Of a stretch of 64,000 nt of DNA, positions 1 through 12,800 are shown in pieces. This DNA comes from Octopus vulgaris (Eukaryota). A program made the translations under genes and the position numbers. The notes under the pieces were generated by a model. It saw only the letters and a program-made list of their open reading frames with translations. It was not told the origin of the DNA and did no database searches. Location: positions 187,674,001 through 187,738,000 of the forward strand of contig OX597815.1 of NCBI GenBank assembly GCA_951406725.2, given 5' to 3'. Within the stretch, counting starts at the first letter, position 1. Every line of letters begins with the position of its first letter.

Positions 1-845
1 ATATACATATATATGTATGTATGTATGTATGTATATACATATATATGTATGTATGTATGTATGTATATACATATATATGTATGTATGTATGTATGTATAT
101 ACATATATATGTATGTATGTATATACATATATATGTATGTATGTATATACATATATATGTATGTATGTATATACATATATATGTATGTATGTATATACAT
201 ATATATGTATGTATGTATATACATATATATGTATGTATGTATATACATATATATGTATGTATGTATATACATATATATGTATGTATGTATATACATATAT
301 ATGTATGTATGTATATACATATATATGTATGTATGTATATACATATATATGTATGTATGTATATACATATATATGTATGTATGTATATACATATATATGT
401 ATGTATGTATATACATATATATGTATGTATGTATATACATATATATGTATGTATGTATATACATATATATGTATGTATGTATATACATATATATGTATGT
501 ATGTATATACATATATATGTATGTATGTATATACATATATATGTATGTATGTATGTATATACATATATATGTATGTATGTATATACATATATATGTATGT
601 ATGTATGTATATACATATATATGTATGTATGTATGTATATACATATATATGTATGTATGTATGTATATACATATATATGTATGTATGTATGTATATACAT
701 ATATATGTATGTATGTATGTATATACATATATATGTATGTATGTATGTATATACATATATATGTATGTATGTATGTATATACATATATATGTATGTATAT
801 ACATATATATGTATGTATGTATATACATATATATGTATGTATGTA
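1..845. repeat. Tandem minisatellite, 24-bp unit ATATACATATATATGTATGTATGT with 20/28/32-bp variants
   Basis: Unit repeats continuously and varies by number of ATGT; contains palindrome ATACATATATATGTAT. Explains the MYVC/IYIY ORFs. Confidence 0.97.
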
Positions 846-1005
846 TATATATATATATATATTGATATATATATATATATTGATCCATTCTTGTTGCTTT
901 TTTATATTATATATATATATATTGACCAATATATATATATATATATATATATATGATATATAAATTGATATATATATATATATTGATCCATTCTTGTTGC
1001 TTTTT

Positions 1006-1047
<42 letters not shown>

Positions 1048-1597
1048 TAACGAATGTCACCTAATTAATTTATTTCTTTTTGGGATCTGCAATGCATTAA
1101 ACCAATGTTTGAATACAATGATAGAGTGGAAATGTTGCTTTTTAGACATCATTCACTATTAATAAATTGATGTGTAATCTAGGCTTGGCCTATGTTTATT
1201 TTTGCAAGTCATTTGATACCAGACTTATGGATATTGGTTCTTTAACCTTGTTGGGATTAAATTTTTGTAACACACATATTAAAGTATCATTCTTATAATC
1301 TAAAGCCCCTCCTCAAATGGTATCAAATGACTCTGGCTTGGTTTGTCACAAAGTGGTATTTCTATAAAATGGATTTGATGAAAGAAGGAATTTGCTATTG
1401 GTTGAGCTGTTGTTTTGATCTCTTACCATTCACTTGTTTCAGTCCTTGGACTGTAGCCATGCTGGAGCACCACCTCAAATAAATCAACCCCAGTACTTAT
1501 TTTTTAAGGCTTGATTCCTATTTTATCTTTTTTGTTGAACTGTTAAGTTATGGCTGATGTAAACAAACCAACACTGGCTATCAAGTGGTGGCAGGAC

Positions 1598-1641
<44 letters not shown>

Positions 1642-2948
1642 CTCATCTATTTTTTAATTAGTATAAATCTTCCACTGAGGAGGGAGCCAGTTTCCAATAA
1701 AGAAACAAAGCTCCATCTTTGGAGTTAACACAGACAAATTCACATTTGGAACTTGAGAAAAGGCTTGCATATTTCTACTTTTCCACTTACAGATAACACT
1801 TGTAATGTGTGAATCAGCCAATCGATTTCTCTTTCTGAAAATCCCAGTTTGTCCAGATTCTCCTTTAAATAACAAAACCTAGTGCTCCAATTATTATTGG
1901 TATGAATGTGAATTCATAGTCTGGATATAGAAGCTGGAGGTTTCAAAGCAGTTGTCCATAGATATCCTCTTTTTCTTTGATTTTCAAAGAGATATTTGTA
2001 TGTACGTACGTATGTATGTATGTATGTATGTATGTATGTATGTATGTATGTATGTATGTATGTATGTATGTATGTAGGAATGTATGTATGTAGGAATGTA
2101 TGTATGTATGTATGTATGTATGTATGTATGTGGGGACAGTTTATGTCTCCCGATTTTGAAATCATATAGTTTACGTTCACTAGAAAATGAAACTTAGATT
2201 TCAAAACTTTAGCAAGTTATCTGGAGGAAGCAAGGAACCTTTTTTAATTCATATTATGTTTTTTTACCATTTTCATTTTCATATATATATATATATATAT
2301 ATATAAAGATAAAGATAATATATCATTACTTTAATTGGTGTTTGTTGGAGAAATATTGTGCTGGTCGGTTAATTATAGTTTTACTGCTACAAGTAATGGT
2401 GTAACTTGGCCAAAGCCATGTTCAGTTTCTAAAGTAAATCGCAATAAAAAGAATTATATTGACAAACTAATATTTGACACGAGATCATTGGTTAAATAAG
2501 CTGTAATTTTATATTGATATGATTATATGAAATGTTAGATTTATGTGTCGATAATATATATAATATATATATATTTATTTATATATATATGTATGTATGC
2601 ATGCATAATATATATTTATATGCAATATATATATAAAATAATATAAGTATATCTTTTACAAGATCAGATTTCTTACAATGCTTCATCTGTTGTCGGTTTG
2701 CAAATATCTAGCATGAAATCAAATCTTGGAAAATTCACTCTTCATTGACTTATGGCCTTATTTTAATCTCAAACTGTCTCTCTTTTTCGCTCTCCTCTTC
2801 TCTTATTCTCTTTAGCCCTTTCTCATTCTGCATCTGTGTCTCCTTTCACTCCTCATCCTCCATCTCTCTCTCTTTTCTCAGTTTTTAACGATAATATTAA
2901 TATTTCTAACTGTAAGCTTAACAGTTTATTGTATTATAATTATCATAT

Positions 2949-3347
2949 AGGCATAGGAGTGGCTGTGTGGTAAGTAGCTTGCTTACCAACCACATGGTTC
3001 TGGGTTCAATCCCACTGTGTGACACCTTCGAGAAGTGTCTTCTACTATAGCCTTGGGCCGACCAAAGCCTTGTGAGTGGATTTGGTAGACGGAAACTGAA
3101 AGAAGCCCGTCGTATATATGTATATGTGTGTATATGTTTGTGTGTCTGTGTTTGTCCCCCCAACATCGCTTGACAACCGGTGCTGGTGTGTTTACGTCCC
3201 TGTAACTTAGCGGTTCGGCAAAATAAACCGATAGAATAAGTACTAGGCTTACAAAGAATAAGTCCTGGGGTCGATTTGCTCGACTAAAGGTGGTGCTCCA
3301 GCATGGCCGCAGTCAAATGACTGAAACAAGTAAAAGAACAAAAGAAC
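2949..3347 (+). mobile_element. SINE family A (tRNA-derived head, internal TA/TG microsatellite, AAAAGAG-type tail), full copy
   Basis: Head GAGTGGCTGTGTGGTAAG...GGTTCAATCCC (pol III A/B-box-like), body CCTTGTGAGTGGATTTGGTAGACGGAAACTGAAAGAAGCC, tail CAAATGACTGAAACAAGTAAAAGA; more than 10 near-identical copies in the window. Confidence 0.93.
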
Positions 3348-3387
3348 ATATATGTTGTTTTTCTAAATGCTATGTATGAATGTATGT

Positions 3388-3865
3388 ATGTCATTATTCA
3401 GCTTTATTTCAAGATTTCTTGTCAATAGAGAAAGAGCCAGTTTCTAACCTAGATCCAAGGCTCCTTCATTGGAATTTCAACATCATCAATCGGGTACTTT
3501 TATATGTATATATTCTCATGCATATAGTTGCATGTCTAGACATGCTCTCATATATACTTAAATGATAAACTTATCTATGTATTTATGTCATTGTTCAGTT
3601 TTACTTCAAGATTTCTTCCCAATAGAGAAAAAGCCGGTTTCTAATCCAGATTCAAGGCTTCTTCATTGGAATTTCAACATCAACAAAAGGGTATTTTTGT
3701 ATGTATGTATGTGTGTGTGTGTGCAGATTTGTATGTTTTGCTTTATGTATGTATTGTCATGTATATAGTTGCATATCTAGACATACTCAAATATATTTAA
3801 ATGATAAACTTCTGGAAAGTTTTACAAATTTTTACAGTTCTAGTGATGGATTGGATCTGTAGTAT
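3388..3865 (+). repeat. Two tandem ~200-bp units of an interspersed repeat sitting in (TATG)n
   Basis: TTTCAAGATTTCTT...AATAGAGAAAGAGCCAGTTTCTAACCTAGATCCAAGGCTCCTTCATTGGAATTTCAACATC occurs at ~3406 and ~3605, and in reverse at 62790-63160. Confidence 0.85.
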
Positions 3866-4104
3866 GTATGTATGTATGTATTATGTATGTATGTATGTAT
3901 GTATGCACGCACGCATGCATGTATGTATATGTATGCATTCATTTTTGTTTTCATCTCTATTTCCCTTGTGCTATGCTATGTTTATTTTCAAATTCTCAAA
4001 AATATTCTGATAAATATTTCAGTAACTTAAAGATATTTTTTTGCTTGTTTTTTTTTTTATTTTAAAAATAACTGTGTTTCATTGTAAGTTACATTTGTTT
4101 AAAC

Positions 4105-4404
4105 CAGTGGGTCTCAACCATTTTTTTACCCTATGGACCCCTTTGACTCCCATTATACTCTACTGGACCCCATAACCATTTGATGCTTAAAAGATCCTAT
4201 TGTATTTTTGTAATTAAATATTACCAAGAATTGTATGAAGAAATTTAAATTGTGGTACCCCAGCATGACTACAGCTTTAAAGCTGAAACAGTTTGAAGAA
4301 TTAGAATATTTTATAAAATTATGTGTATTGTGGTAGTATAAGCAATTTATTGCACACAAATTTTAACAACAAAACCTTGTATGGGCCCTGGTTGAGAACT
4401 ACTG
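4105..4404. mobile_element. hAT-type MITE
   Basis: TIRs CAGTGGGTCTCAACC / GGTTGAGAACTACTG; near 8-bp TSD GTTTAAAC / GTTTAACT. Confidence 0.85.
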
Positions 4405-4566
4405 GTTTAACTCCTCACCATTTAATGTGGCCATGTCCAGCCAAAATATGCCTTCTGTTTTACTTTAAAACTGATTAGATCCAGTTTCTCACACCCTACA
4501 ATGTCATTCTAAAAATATATTAATCACACATTATTTCGTAGCTTCAAGATTTCAATATTGTGTTTA

Positions 4567-4787
4567 TATGAGGAGGTGCTGAAAAGCTCCTGGCTTTGTG
4601 TTAAAGAAAATGCAGGAGAATCAGTTAATTATGATTTTATTGAACATATTCCCCTCTCAGATTCACATACTTATTGCAGCGGCCCTTCAGTTTTTCTAAG
4701 CCCTGTAAAGGAGCACAGAAAGTTGGGCCTCCAACCTGGCCTTTCATGATACCCTTAAAGCCAGGAACTGTTCAGCATCTCCTCATA
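4567..4787. mobile_element. Tc1/mariner-type MITE
   Basis: TIRs TATGAGGAGGTGCTGAAAAGCTCCTGGCTTT / AAAGCCAGGAACTGTTCAGCATCTCCTCATA with TA ends; second copy inverted at 51668-51888. Confidence 0.88.
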
Positions 4788-4823
4788 CAAGCACACCATT
4801 GAAATCTTGAAGCTTCAAAATAC

Positions 4824-5060
4824 TTTTATTCTCTTATGCTTTTACTTGTTTCAGTCATTTGGCTGTGGTCATGCTGGAGCACCACCTTTAGTCAAACAAA
4901 TCGGTCCTAGTACTTATTATATCAGTCTCTTCTCGTTGAACTGCTAAATTACAGGAATGGAAACACACCAACATCAGTTGTTAAGTGATAGTGGTGGTGG
5001 CAGGGAGACAAACACAGACACATAAACATATACATACATACACACACACACACGCACACT

Positions 5061-5105
<45 letters not shown>

Positions 5106-5260
5106 CAGGCTTCTTTCAGTTTCCATCAACCAAATCCACTCACAAGGTTTTGGTCAGCCTGAGGCTATAGCAGAAGACACTTCCCCAATGTGCTACACAG
5201 TGGGACTGAACCCGAAACTATGTGGTTGGGATGCAAGCGTCTTACCACACAGTCACACCT
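4824..5260 (-). mobile_element. SINE family A
   Basis: Reverse complement of the family A consensus. Confidence 0.9.
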
Positions 5261-5567
5261 GATTAATGCAAAACAGTGAATAAATAAGCATTACATTGAC
5301 AAAGAAATCTGAAAGCCAAATGGTTAAAGCTCTGCCCACTAACTTTGGTTCACACTGAAAGAAAATGCTTTATCTAATAATTGTTACTAATATAGACACA
5401 AATCCTGAAACTTGGGGGAGCATAGTAGCTGGTTCTATCGATTCCAATATTTGTATTTACTGTATCAAGCCTAGAATGATGAAAGGAAAGATGATCTTGG
5501 CAGAATTTGAACTCAGAATATAATGCCTTAAAAGAAATACTCTAGGCATTATTTTATCCCTCTAATG

Positions 5568-6395
5568 CAGCGTTTCTCAACCGGGGTTCCATGAGAAAGA
5601 GTGAGATATGCTAATTTCATGATCATGATATTACTACACATGCACAACATATTATTGGTTATTGTAATATAGACATCATCCTATCTAACCTATTATGTTA
5701 TCAAAAAAATATAACAACCATTGGGGATATATTTAGTGATGTCTGTAATTTATGGATACTCTCCCTCTCTATATATATGATGGTTGTTTTTTACTCCTTA
5801 TGAAGAGTTTGACCACCTCCTGTACCTACACCTTAGAACCATCATGGCATCTGATGTGGCTTTTTAAATCAGACAATATCTTGAAAAGACACCCTCATAG
5901 ATTGCATATCCGATTTGGACCACCAAGAGCTGCAGATAAAATCTGATCTTTGTGGATCATAAAATGTCTTTTGAGACCGCTCTTGGATTTGCAAACCTTC
6001 TGGCATACATTGCATTGAAAGGTGTGCACAGACAAATAGGTAGAATGGTTGGTGGCAGTTCATTTTCCATGGGTTCGCAAATGAGATTTGAGCCCAGCAA
6101 AAGAAAGGCATGGTCTGTCACAAACTGTGCACACAAAAAGGTCACTGTGATTCACTTTTTCATTTGTAACATGTATGGATGTATAATAATAATAATAATA
6201 ATAATTGTGTACAGTGCTCAGGTGCACTACAACATGTATGTATGTATGTATGTATGTTTGTTTGTTTGTTTACCAAGTGAATTATGATGAAAAAATATGA
6301 GAAAGATATGGTATATATTTTTTTGAGCAGGGGTTTCTTGAGACATGTAATTTATTTTAAGGGCTACACAAGGGTAAAAAGTCTGAGAAATACTG
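5568..6395. mobile_element. hAT-type MITE containing a nested LINE fragment
   Basis: Ends CAGCGTTTCTCAACC / GTCTGAGAAATACTG; TSD CTCTAATG / CTCTAATC. Confidence 0.75.
5826..6173 (-). pseudogene. Degenerate triple C2H2 zinc-finger coding fragment, probably the C-terminus of an RTE-clade LINE ORF
   Basis: Manual translation: HVTNEKVNHSDLFVCTVCDRPCLSFAGLKSHLRTHGK*TATNHSTYLSVHTFQCNVCQKVCKSKSGLKRHFMIHKDQILSAALGGPNRICNL*GCLFKILSDLKSHIRCHDGSKV*. Three C-x2-C-x12-H-x3-H motifs, two internal stops, no TGEKP linkers. Confidence 0.8.
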
Positions 6396-6403
6396 CTCTA
6401 ATC

Positions 6404-6630
6404 ATTGTCATCCATCATTTTAAATCCTGGTTTTGTCCCCATTAACAGGGGTGGCCAGATCTACCCCAATGCCATAGCAACTGCCCTCACACCATCTCAC
6501 CATATTTCCCAGTTTTGGGTGTTCTCCTTTCTCAAACAAACCCTCCCAATCTCCTCCACCTGTCCTCTCCATGTTTTCTTCAGTCTACCTTGCTAATGAT
6601 TCCGCCAGTCCACTGCCCAGAAACCCTTCT
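6404..6630 (-). mobile_element. RTE LINE 3' end fragment
   Basis: Reverse-complement homolog of 19340-19546 (GGTAGACTGAAGAAAACATGG...AGATCTGGCCACCCC...GGGACAAAACCAGGATTTAAAA). Confidence 0.8.
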
Positions 6631-9600
6631 TTCTATGATTATATTTTTCATGTCATAAAGTTAGAAGTAAAACATGTTCTTCTGCATCTTTCTTATTTCT
6701 TCCATTTATTTGTTTCAGCCAATTTTGCAATCAGAATCACATATCTGCTTATTAGATAAATGACCTTTAAGGCAGCTACAATTTTTTACAGCAAAGGACA
6801 GCCTTATTGGTCCCATTCCATAATTTATGCAAGTGTATTCCCACGAATTGATATATAAATTTAATAGTTTTGTAAATATTGTTATTATATTTCAGTCAAT
6901 AAAAAATATATTTCTTCTGGTTCATGGTTTTAGTTTTCAAAAGGTAAATCTAAACTTTGGTGAGATGAAGAAGAAGAAAAAAAACAATGAGTAAGAAATC
7001 CAGAACAACTAAGTGAATTGAATTTCGACTTTTAAAAGAAAATGCCACATTTAATGCTTCATATAATATAATGATTAAGGAGTTCTTTTGTTTGTCAAAA
7101 TTCCGTAAAAAATTAAAAAAACAAAAAAATTAAAACAAATTCATAATTAAATATCCCAAGATGAAATTTTTTGCCTTTGTCAAGAATATATTTTCAGTTG
7201 CTATGTAATTATGTTTATAAATGAAAGCAGTGGTAATTAAAATTGTTATTAATGACACTGAATGAACTAGTTTTCTTAAGTAGTTAATATTCTTTGTGTC
7301 AGAATATAGTAGTACAAAATATGTAGTTTTTTATTTTCCTTTAACTAAATTAACTATTTATCTTTATCAGAGTGTTAATCCTATTCTTCTTCTTCTATTA
7401 CTGTGTCCTCAATTTATGTGACATTTAAAGTAACATTTCAGAGATAACATGTTATACAAGCTTTCTTACTAAATGGTAAATAATTATGAGTCTAAAAAAA
7501 AAGAAGAAAATGAAAGAAAGAAAAACAAAAAAAAAAAAAAAGAATAGTGAAGAAAAGGAAAAGAAATTAAGCTCCGGAAATTTAAAATGGTTGTGTCATT
7601 TATAGATTATCATTTCATTTTCTGTTAACTGCTTTATCCTGTGTAAGGTAGTAGTAATGATATTTATGTAGAACAGGTTACACCCAGTTTGTTATGTTAT
7701 TTCTATTCATATTAAATACATACAAAGCCGAGAGCATTAATTTATTTCCAAATGTTGAATTTATAGAATGTTGATAAAGGTATTTCGAAAGGAAAAAAAA
7801 CACACACAAAAAAAATAGAAAAAAATTTGTATGCGAATGTGGGATTGCTCCGAAAGAGTTTCATAGAATGATTTTTCTGAGTGAAGAATATAATTAAGAT
7901 TTTATTTTAAGAAGCAACTAAATTCATTCATTTGTTATTTTTAATGGTTATCAAGTGGGATGAATCAATTAGCAATTAAATAAACAGCTAGCTATTTATA
8001 CCAGGTCGCATGAGAGAAGGCCTTGACATAGCTTTTGTAATAACCTAATTGTGTAGATCACTTGTGGCACTGATAAAAAGATCTGTTTTTTTTTTTTTTC
8101 AATAACAGTAAGCAAAATTGTTAAGAAAATCAGAATGATTTAAATGAAATATATGTCTGGATTTGTAATATTTAACTGTAGAAATATACATCAGTTTTTA
8201 ACTGGAGTTGAATATCTTTTTGAAACTAATATATTTTGTTAAAATAACAAGTCGTATGATGAAATATAAGTAATCTATTGATAAAATATATTAGTTGAAA
8301 ACAATAAGAATTTATAAAAATTCTATTTGAATTGTTTCAACTTTCAAGACAGCCTAACACTTCATACCCATTACTCTTACAATCAACCAGTTAGTATTTA
8401 TGCAACTGTGGTAAATATAAAATATGAAAGAAATAATACGAATTATTCTCATATTTTTCAATGACGTTTCTCATTGTTACTTCTTGTCATACAAATAAAT
8501 TCTGTAATTTTAGAATATGAATTTATCTATAAAATACATTTATTAAATTATTTCATTTTGTTTTTTCTTTTTATTTTAAATTTAAGTTTCTTCAAAGCAT
8601 CTGAAAAAATATTTTTATTTATAGCTTTTTCTGACTTCTATCCTTGATTTCTTTCGTGACATAAGTTAATGGATTAGCCATTCTTTTTCCTCAAATATTT
8701 TGCTAAGATAGCTGATATTTCTATTTTCAATTGAAAAATATCTTTTGGCATTAATGGAGATGTTTTTGTCCATTAAAGGAGATATATTCTAGAAATATAT
8801 TCATAAAGTTCTCGTACTGAAATTCTATAGGAATTTGTTTAAATTTACTCCATTAAGGCAAATTAATTCAGTCATTAAAAAAAAGCTACTTGCACAAATT
8901 AAATATTAAAATTATTTATCACATATGCAATCACACACATGCACACACATTCTCACACGTATGCACATGCATACACGTATACACAAACCCTCACACAAAC
9001 ACACAGTTTTAATCACGAGGATTTTTATTTCTCTAGAAAAAGAATGCTGAATATTTTTTTTCCAGTACGTTCTTTGAAAACCTATTTTTCAATCATTTTA
9101 AGCTTAAAATCTACTTATTCCTCATTTCTAATAAAACTGATTGCATTATCTCTTTATTGCTATTATCACATTAGTTAGGAATAGAAAACCAAAAACTTCT
9201 TTTTTTTTTTTTTAACTCTTCTTATTTTTAATCCTCATACATACATCTTCAAGTAAAAGAGTGTGGTTCTCTCAAAAATTATCATAATACAAAGAACACT
9301 AGGCAAAGCATCACTATATTCACATGATACATATTGTATTTTACTGGATAGATTTTTGAAGGTATTTTTTATACGATTCAAGGATTTAGATTAGAAACTT
9401 GCATACAATTGAAAATAAAAGAGAATAAGCATGATTTAATGCAGGTTTGTTGTGTGTGTGTGTGTGTGTTTGAACATACTCGTGTGTGTTTGTAGGATCA
9501 TAATCTATTTTTGTTTTTTGTTTTTTCTCTCTTCATGCTGGCATGGCTTGTAAAATTTGAAGAGGCATATCTTCATGCTTCCTGATCCTGTATCATGTTA

Positions 9601-11029
9601 TCTGTGAGGCTTAATATTCACGGGTCTGGTTTAATTTATTTATTATTATTTTTTTTTTTTCCAGTTTTTCTAACATATTCTTTAGTCCTTTTCTGATATG
9701 GTAGCTATCTTCCAATCCTAAGTTACTTAACTCTTTTTTAGACTATCTTTTTCAAGACTGCATCTTGTTCCTGGGAGGAGAACTCCCTACACTTAGGAAA
9801 GACATAAGATAGTCATAACTGGAATATCTTTGACCATAGGCCAGTTTGATCAAGACTCACTTGAGCTAAAAAGCAACACTTCTCATGCATACATACATGT
9901 ATACATATATTTATGGTGTGTGTGTTTGTGTGTTTGCGTGCACACATGTGTGTGGATGTGTGTGTTGGAATGTGTATGTGTCTCCCTGTCTGTCTCTATA
10001 TCTCTTTTTATTTTAACACCACTTGAAAAATGTCTTTTTTTTTTACATAGTGTAACTTAGAGATTCAACAAATCGAAATATATAATATATAAGTACTGGG
10101 TTTGATGTGTCACTAAGGTCTTTCACTGTAGTGTTCCAGCATGTCTACAGTCCACTGTGTGAAACAAATACAAGAGCACAAGATGGTATTCCATTAGAAT
10201 TATAGTCCTGAAAGTGTTAACGATGTGCCAGCCTGTTGCAATGCTTGATAAAAATTGCTATGATAGTGAGGTGGTGTTTTTTTATTTCTTAGTGTATGTT
10301 CCCTGATACTAGATTAAGTTTACCATTTCAAGTGTATCCCAACACCATTACATTACATGGTGAAACAAACTGATTGAGTAGCTGTAGTATTGATCTTCTT
10401 GCTCACAGTTCTGCTGCAGGCAATTTGTTGTGAGCGGATCACTTGGGAACATTGCATTCAATAGATTAACATCTTATCTGTTATTTGTTTAACACCTTAA
10501 AAACCAGAACTAAACATTGCCCCTTTAAAAAATTTTTTTCAGTACTTAGAATATGGTGACGTTCATTTACATTGCATTATGGGAGTGTAGCTGTGAATTC
10601 TTTAGCACAAAGGTACCATTAAATCAGAAGCCTGAATGATCAGGACAATCTCCACTAACCTCACCCTCTACCTCACTGGTAGGAGGTCATGGTGTAACAG
10701 AAGAAGTCACATTTTTGGCCATATTACTGGTTCTTCAGATACACACCCATTATCTACTTTTGCTATTGATAGGAAGCGCCACAATCATTCTGGCTTAGAC
10801 TATGACTCATACCTTTGTTTTGAATAACAGCCAGCTCCTGCCAGAAAAGTGATTATCTCAATAAACCAAGAAAGCATATAACACTTTGTCTTGGACTTTG
10901 ATTCAAAGTTTATGGCCAGTGCTGGGCTCATAAGTCCAGAAATACATTATCTAGTCTATTCAATATAATCTACATAATTCTTACACTAACTTCACAATTA
11001 CTGATATATATATATATATATGTATGTAT

Positions 11030-11195
11030 CCTTTTCTCTTGGACTTTCCGCTGTCTCCTGTTTCTGATGAAGACTTTGCTCTAAATGTAAAAACTACCTT
11101 TCTTTCTTTACTTCCCTGAGCATCTGCTAATACTTTGCATGTACCATGTCCTCACATTGTTGGGTTTTTTTTTGTGTTTGTTCATTTTTATTTAC
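11030..11195 (+). mobile_element. (TA)n-embedded short element with degenerate hammerhead-ribozyme core (Penelope-like pLTR remnant)
   Basis: GTTT-CTGATGA-AGAC-TTT-GCTC-TAAA-TG-TA-AAAAC at 11060-11094; homologous in layout to 41877-42052 and 45078-45240. Confidence 0.6.
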
Positions 11196-11230
<35 letters not shown>

Positions 11231-11282
11231 CTACATACATATATATATACATATATATATATATATACACATACCTACATAC

Positions 11283-11321
<39 letters not shown>

Positions 11322-11378
11322 CCTACATACATATATACACACACACACATAAATATATATATATATATATATATATAT

Positions 11379-11638
11379 CGTTTTTAGATTTAGTTTGCAA
11401 GATTCTTTATATGAGTTCGTGTGTTGGAGCATATTCTGTTGTGTCTGGAGAGAGTCATTTTCTTTTTGTGCCTTATAATTTAACACACTCACCAGTAAAA
11501 TTGAAAAGACTATTGAAAAGGTTACAAGAGGCAACAAAAATTTTAGGAAAATAAAAATAAAAAATAAGTGGAAATTTTACCTGTGAGCATGTTAAATTAA
11601 AATGCACAAAAAGAAAATGACTCTCCCCAGACACAACA

Positions 11639-11644
<6 letters not shown>
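11379..11644. mobile_element. Fold-back element in (TA)n with ~70-bp inverted arms
   Basis: 11431-11502 CTGTTGTGTCTGGAGAGAGTCATTTTCTTTTTGTGC...GTAAAATT is inverted at 11573-11644. Confidence 0.85.
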
Positions 11645-11672
<28 letters not shown>

Positions 11673-12156
11673 CCAGACTAGAGGTTTGTTTCTAGTCTAT
11701 AATTGATAAAATTAAATTAATCAAACTTTTATGGTAATGAATTATTTCTTGCCATGAAGACAATGTTTATAATATTCTATACACAGTAAAGTGACTTAAT
11801 TATGCTAATCTACGAAATGTACGTTATTTGTTAGCATTTTCAAAATGCCCGAGTTAACTTTATTTGATGAGTTTTATAACTTTAAGAAATATTTATTGTA
11901 CATAAGTGGCCCTTCCTCGAATATTTTCTACTCTATTCTAGAATGACATCTTTTTAGCAAGTGAAATGGCTTGTTCTGTTTAATTGACTCTGTGTTTCGA
12001 GTCTATTTGACAAATGTTTTTCCATTTGATTCCTGCTGTCAGTATAGGCTAAGTCTTTTGTCATTTAGTATTTCTTTGCAGTAAGCTTAAGTACATTCCT
12101 CTTTCCCACTCTGCAGTGTTTTTTTTTTAATGTTTAATATTAACCTTATTAACAAT

Positions 12157-12481
12157 GGTTTCAAATTTTGGCACAAGGCCAGCAATTTTGGTGGAGGTTG
12201 TAAATTGACTACATCAACTCCAGTGCAAAACTGGCACTTATTTTGTTGACCCCAAAGGGATAAATGGCAAAGTCAACCCCAGTGGAATTTGAACTCAGAA
12301 TGTAAAGGTAAGAGTGGCTGTGTGGTAAGTAGCTTGCTTACCAACCACATGGTTCCGGGTTCAGTCCCACTGCATGGCACCTTGGGCAAGTGTCTTCTAC
12401 TATTGCCTCAGGCCAATCAAAACCTTGTGAGTGGATTTGGTAGACGGAAACTGAAAGAAGCCTGTCGTATATATATGTATG

Positions 12482-12516
<35 letters not shown>

Positions 12517-12800
12517 ATAGGTTTGTGTGTTTGTGTTTGTCCCTCCAACATCACTTGACAACCGATGCTGGTGTGTTTATGTCCCCGTAACTTAGCGATT
12601 CAGCAAAAGAGACCAATAGAATAAGTACTAGGCTTACAAAGAATAAGTCCTGGGGTCGATTTGCTCGGCTAAAGGTGGTGCTCCAGCATGGCCACAGTCA
12701 AGTGACTTAAACAAGTAAAAGAGTAAAAGAGAAAAGAGAGAGTAGATGAAATGTCGCTAAGCATTTCAACTGGTGTGCTAATAATTATGCAATCTCCCTG
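12157..12800 (-). mobile_element. SINE family B, interrupted by SINE A at 12311-12741
   Basis: GGCAAAGTCAACCCCAGTGGAATTTGAACTCAGAA before the insert, GATGAAATGTCGCTAAGCATTTC after it. Confidence 0.8.
12311..12741 (+). mobile_element. SINE family A
   Basis: Full consensus match including the (GTAAAAGA)n tail. Confidence 0.93.

Larger units (their letters stand above)
4407..5327 (+). mobile_element. piggyBac-type MITE interrupted by a mariner MITE and a SINE A
   Basis: Homologous to 26102-26312 (CTCACACC..ACAATGTCATTCTAAAA ... GTGAATAAATAAGCATTACAT..AATCTGAA..GGTTAA) and split by two insertions. Confidence 0.7.

Noticed and set aside
13-963. Long ORFs of 282-316 aa (also at 57658-58546, 61909-62455, 11127-11554, 20438-20952)
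   Set aside because: Translations of TA/TG/TATG microsatellites that cannot contain stop codons; low-complexity Y/I/M/V/C peptides.
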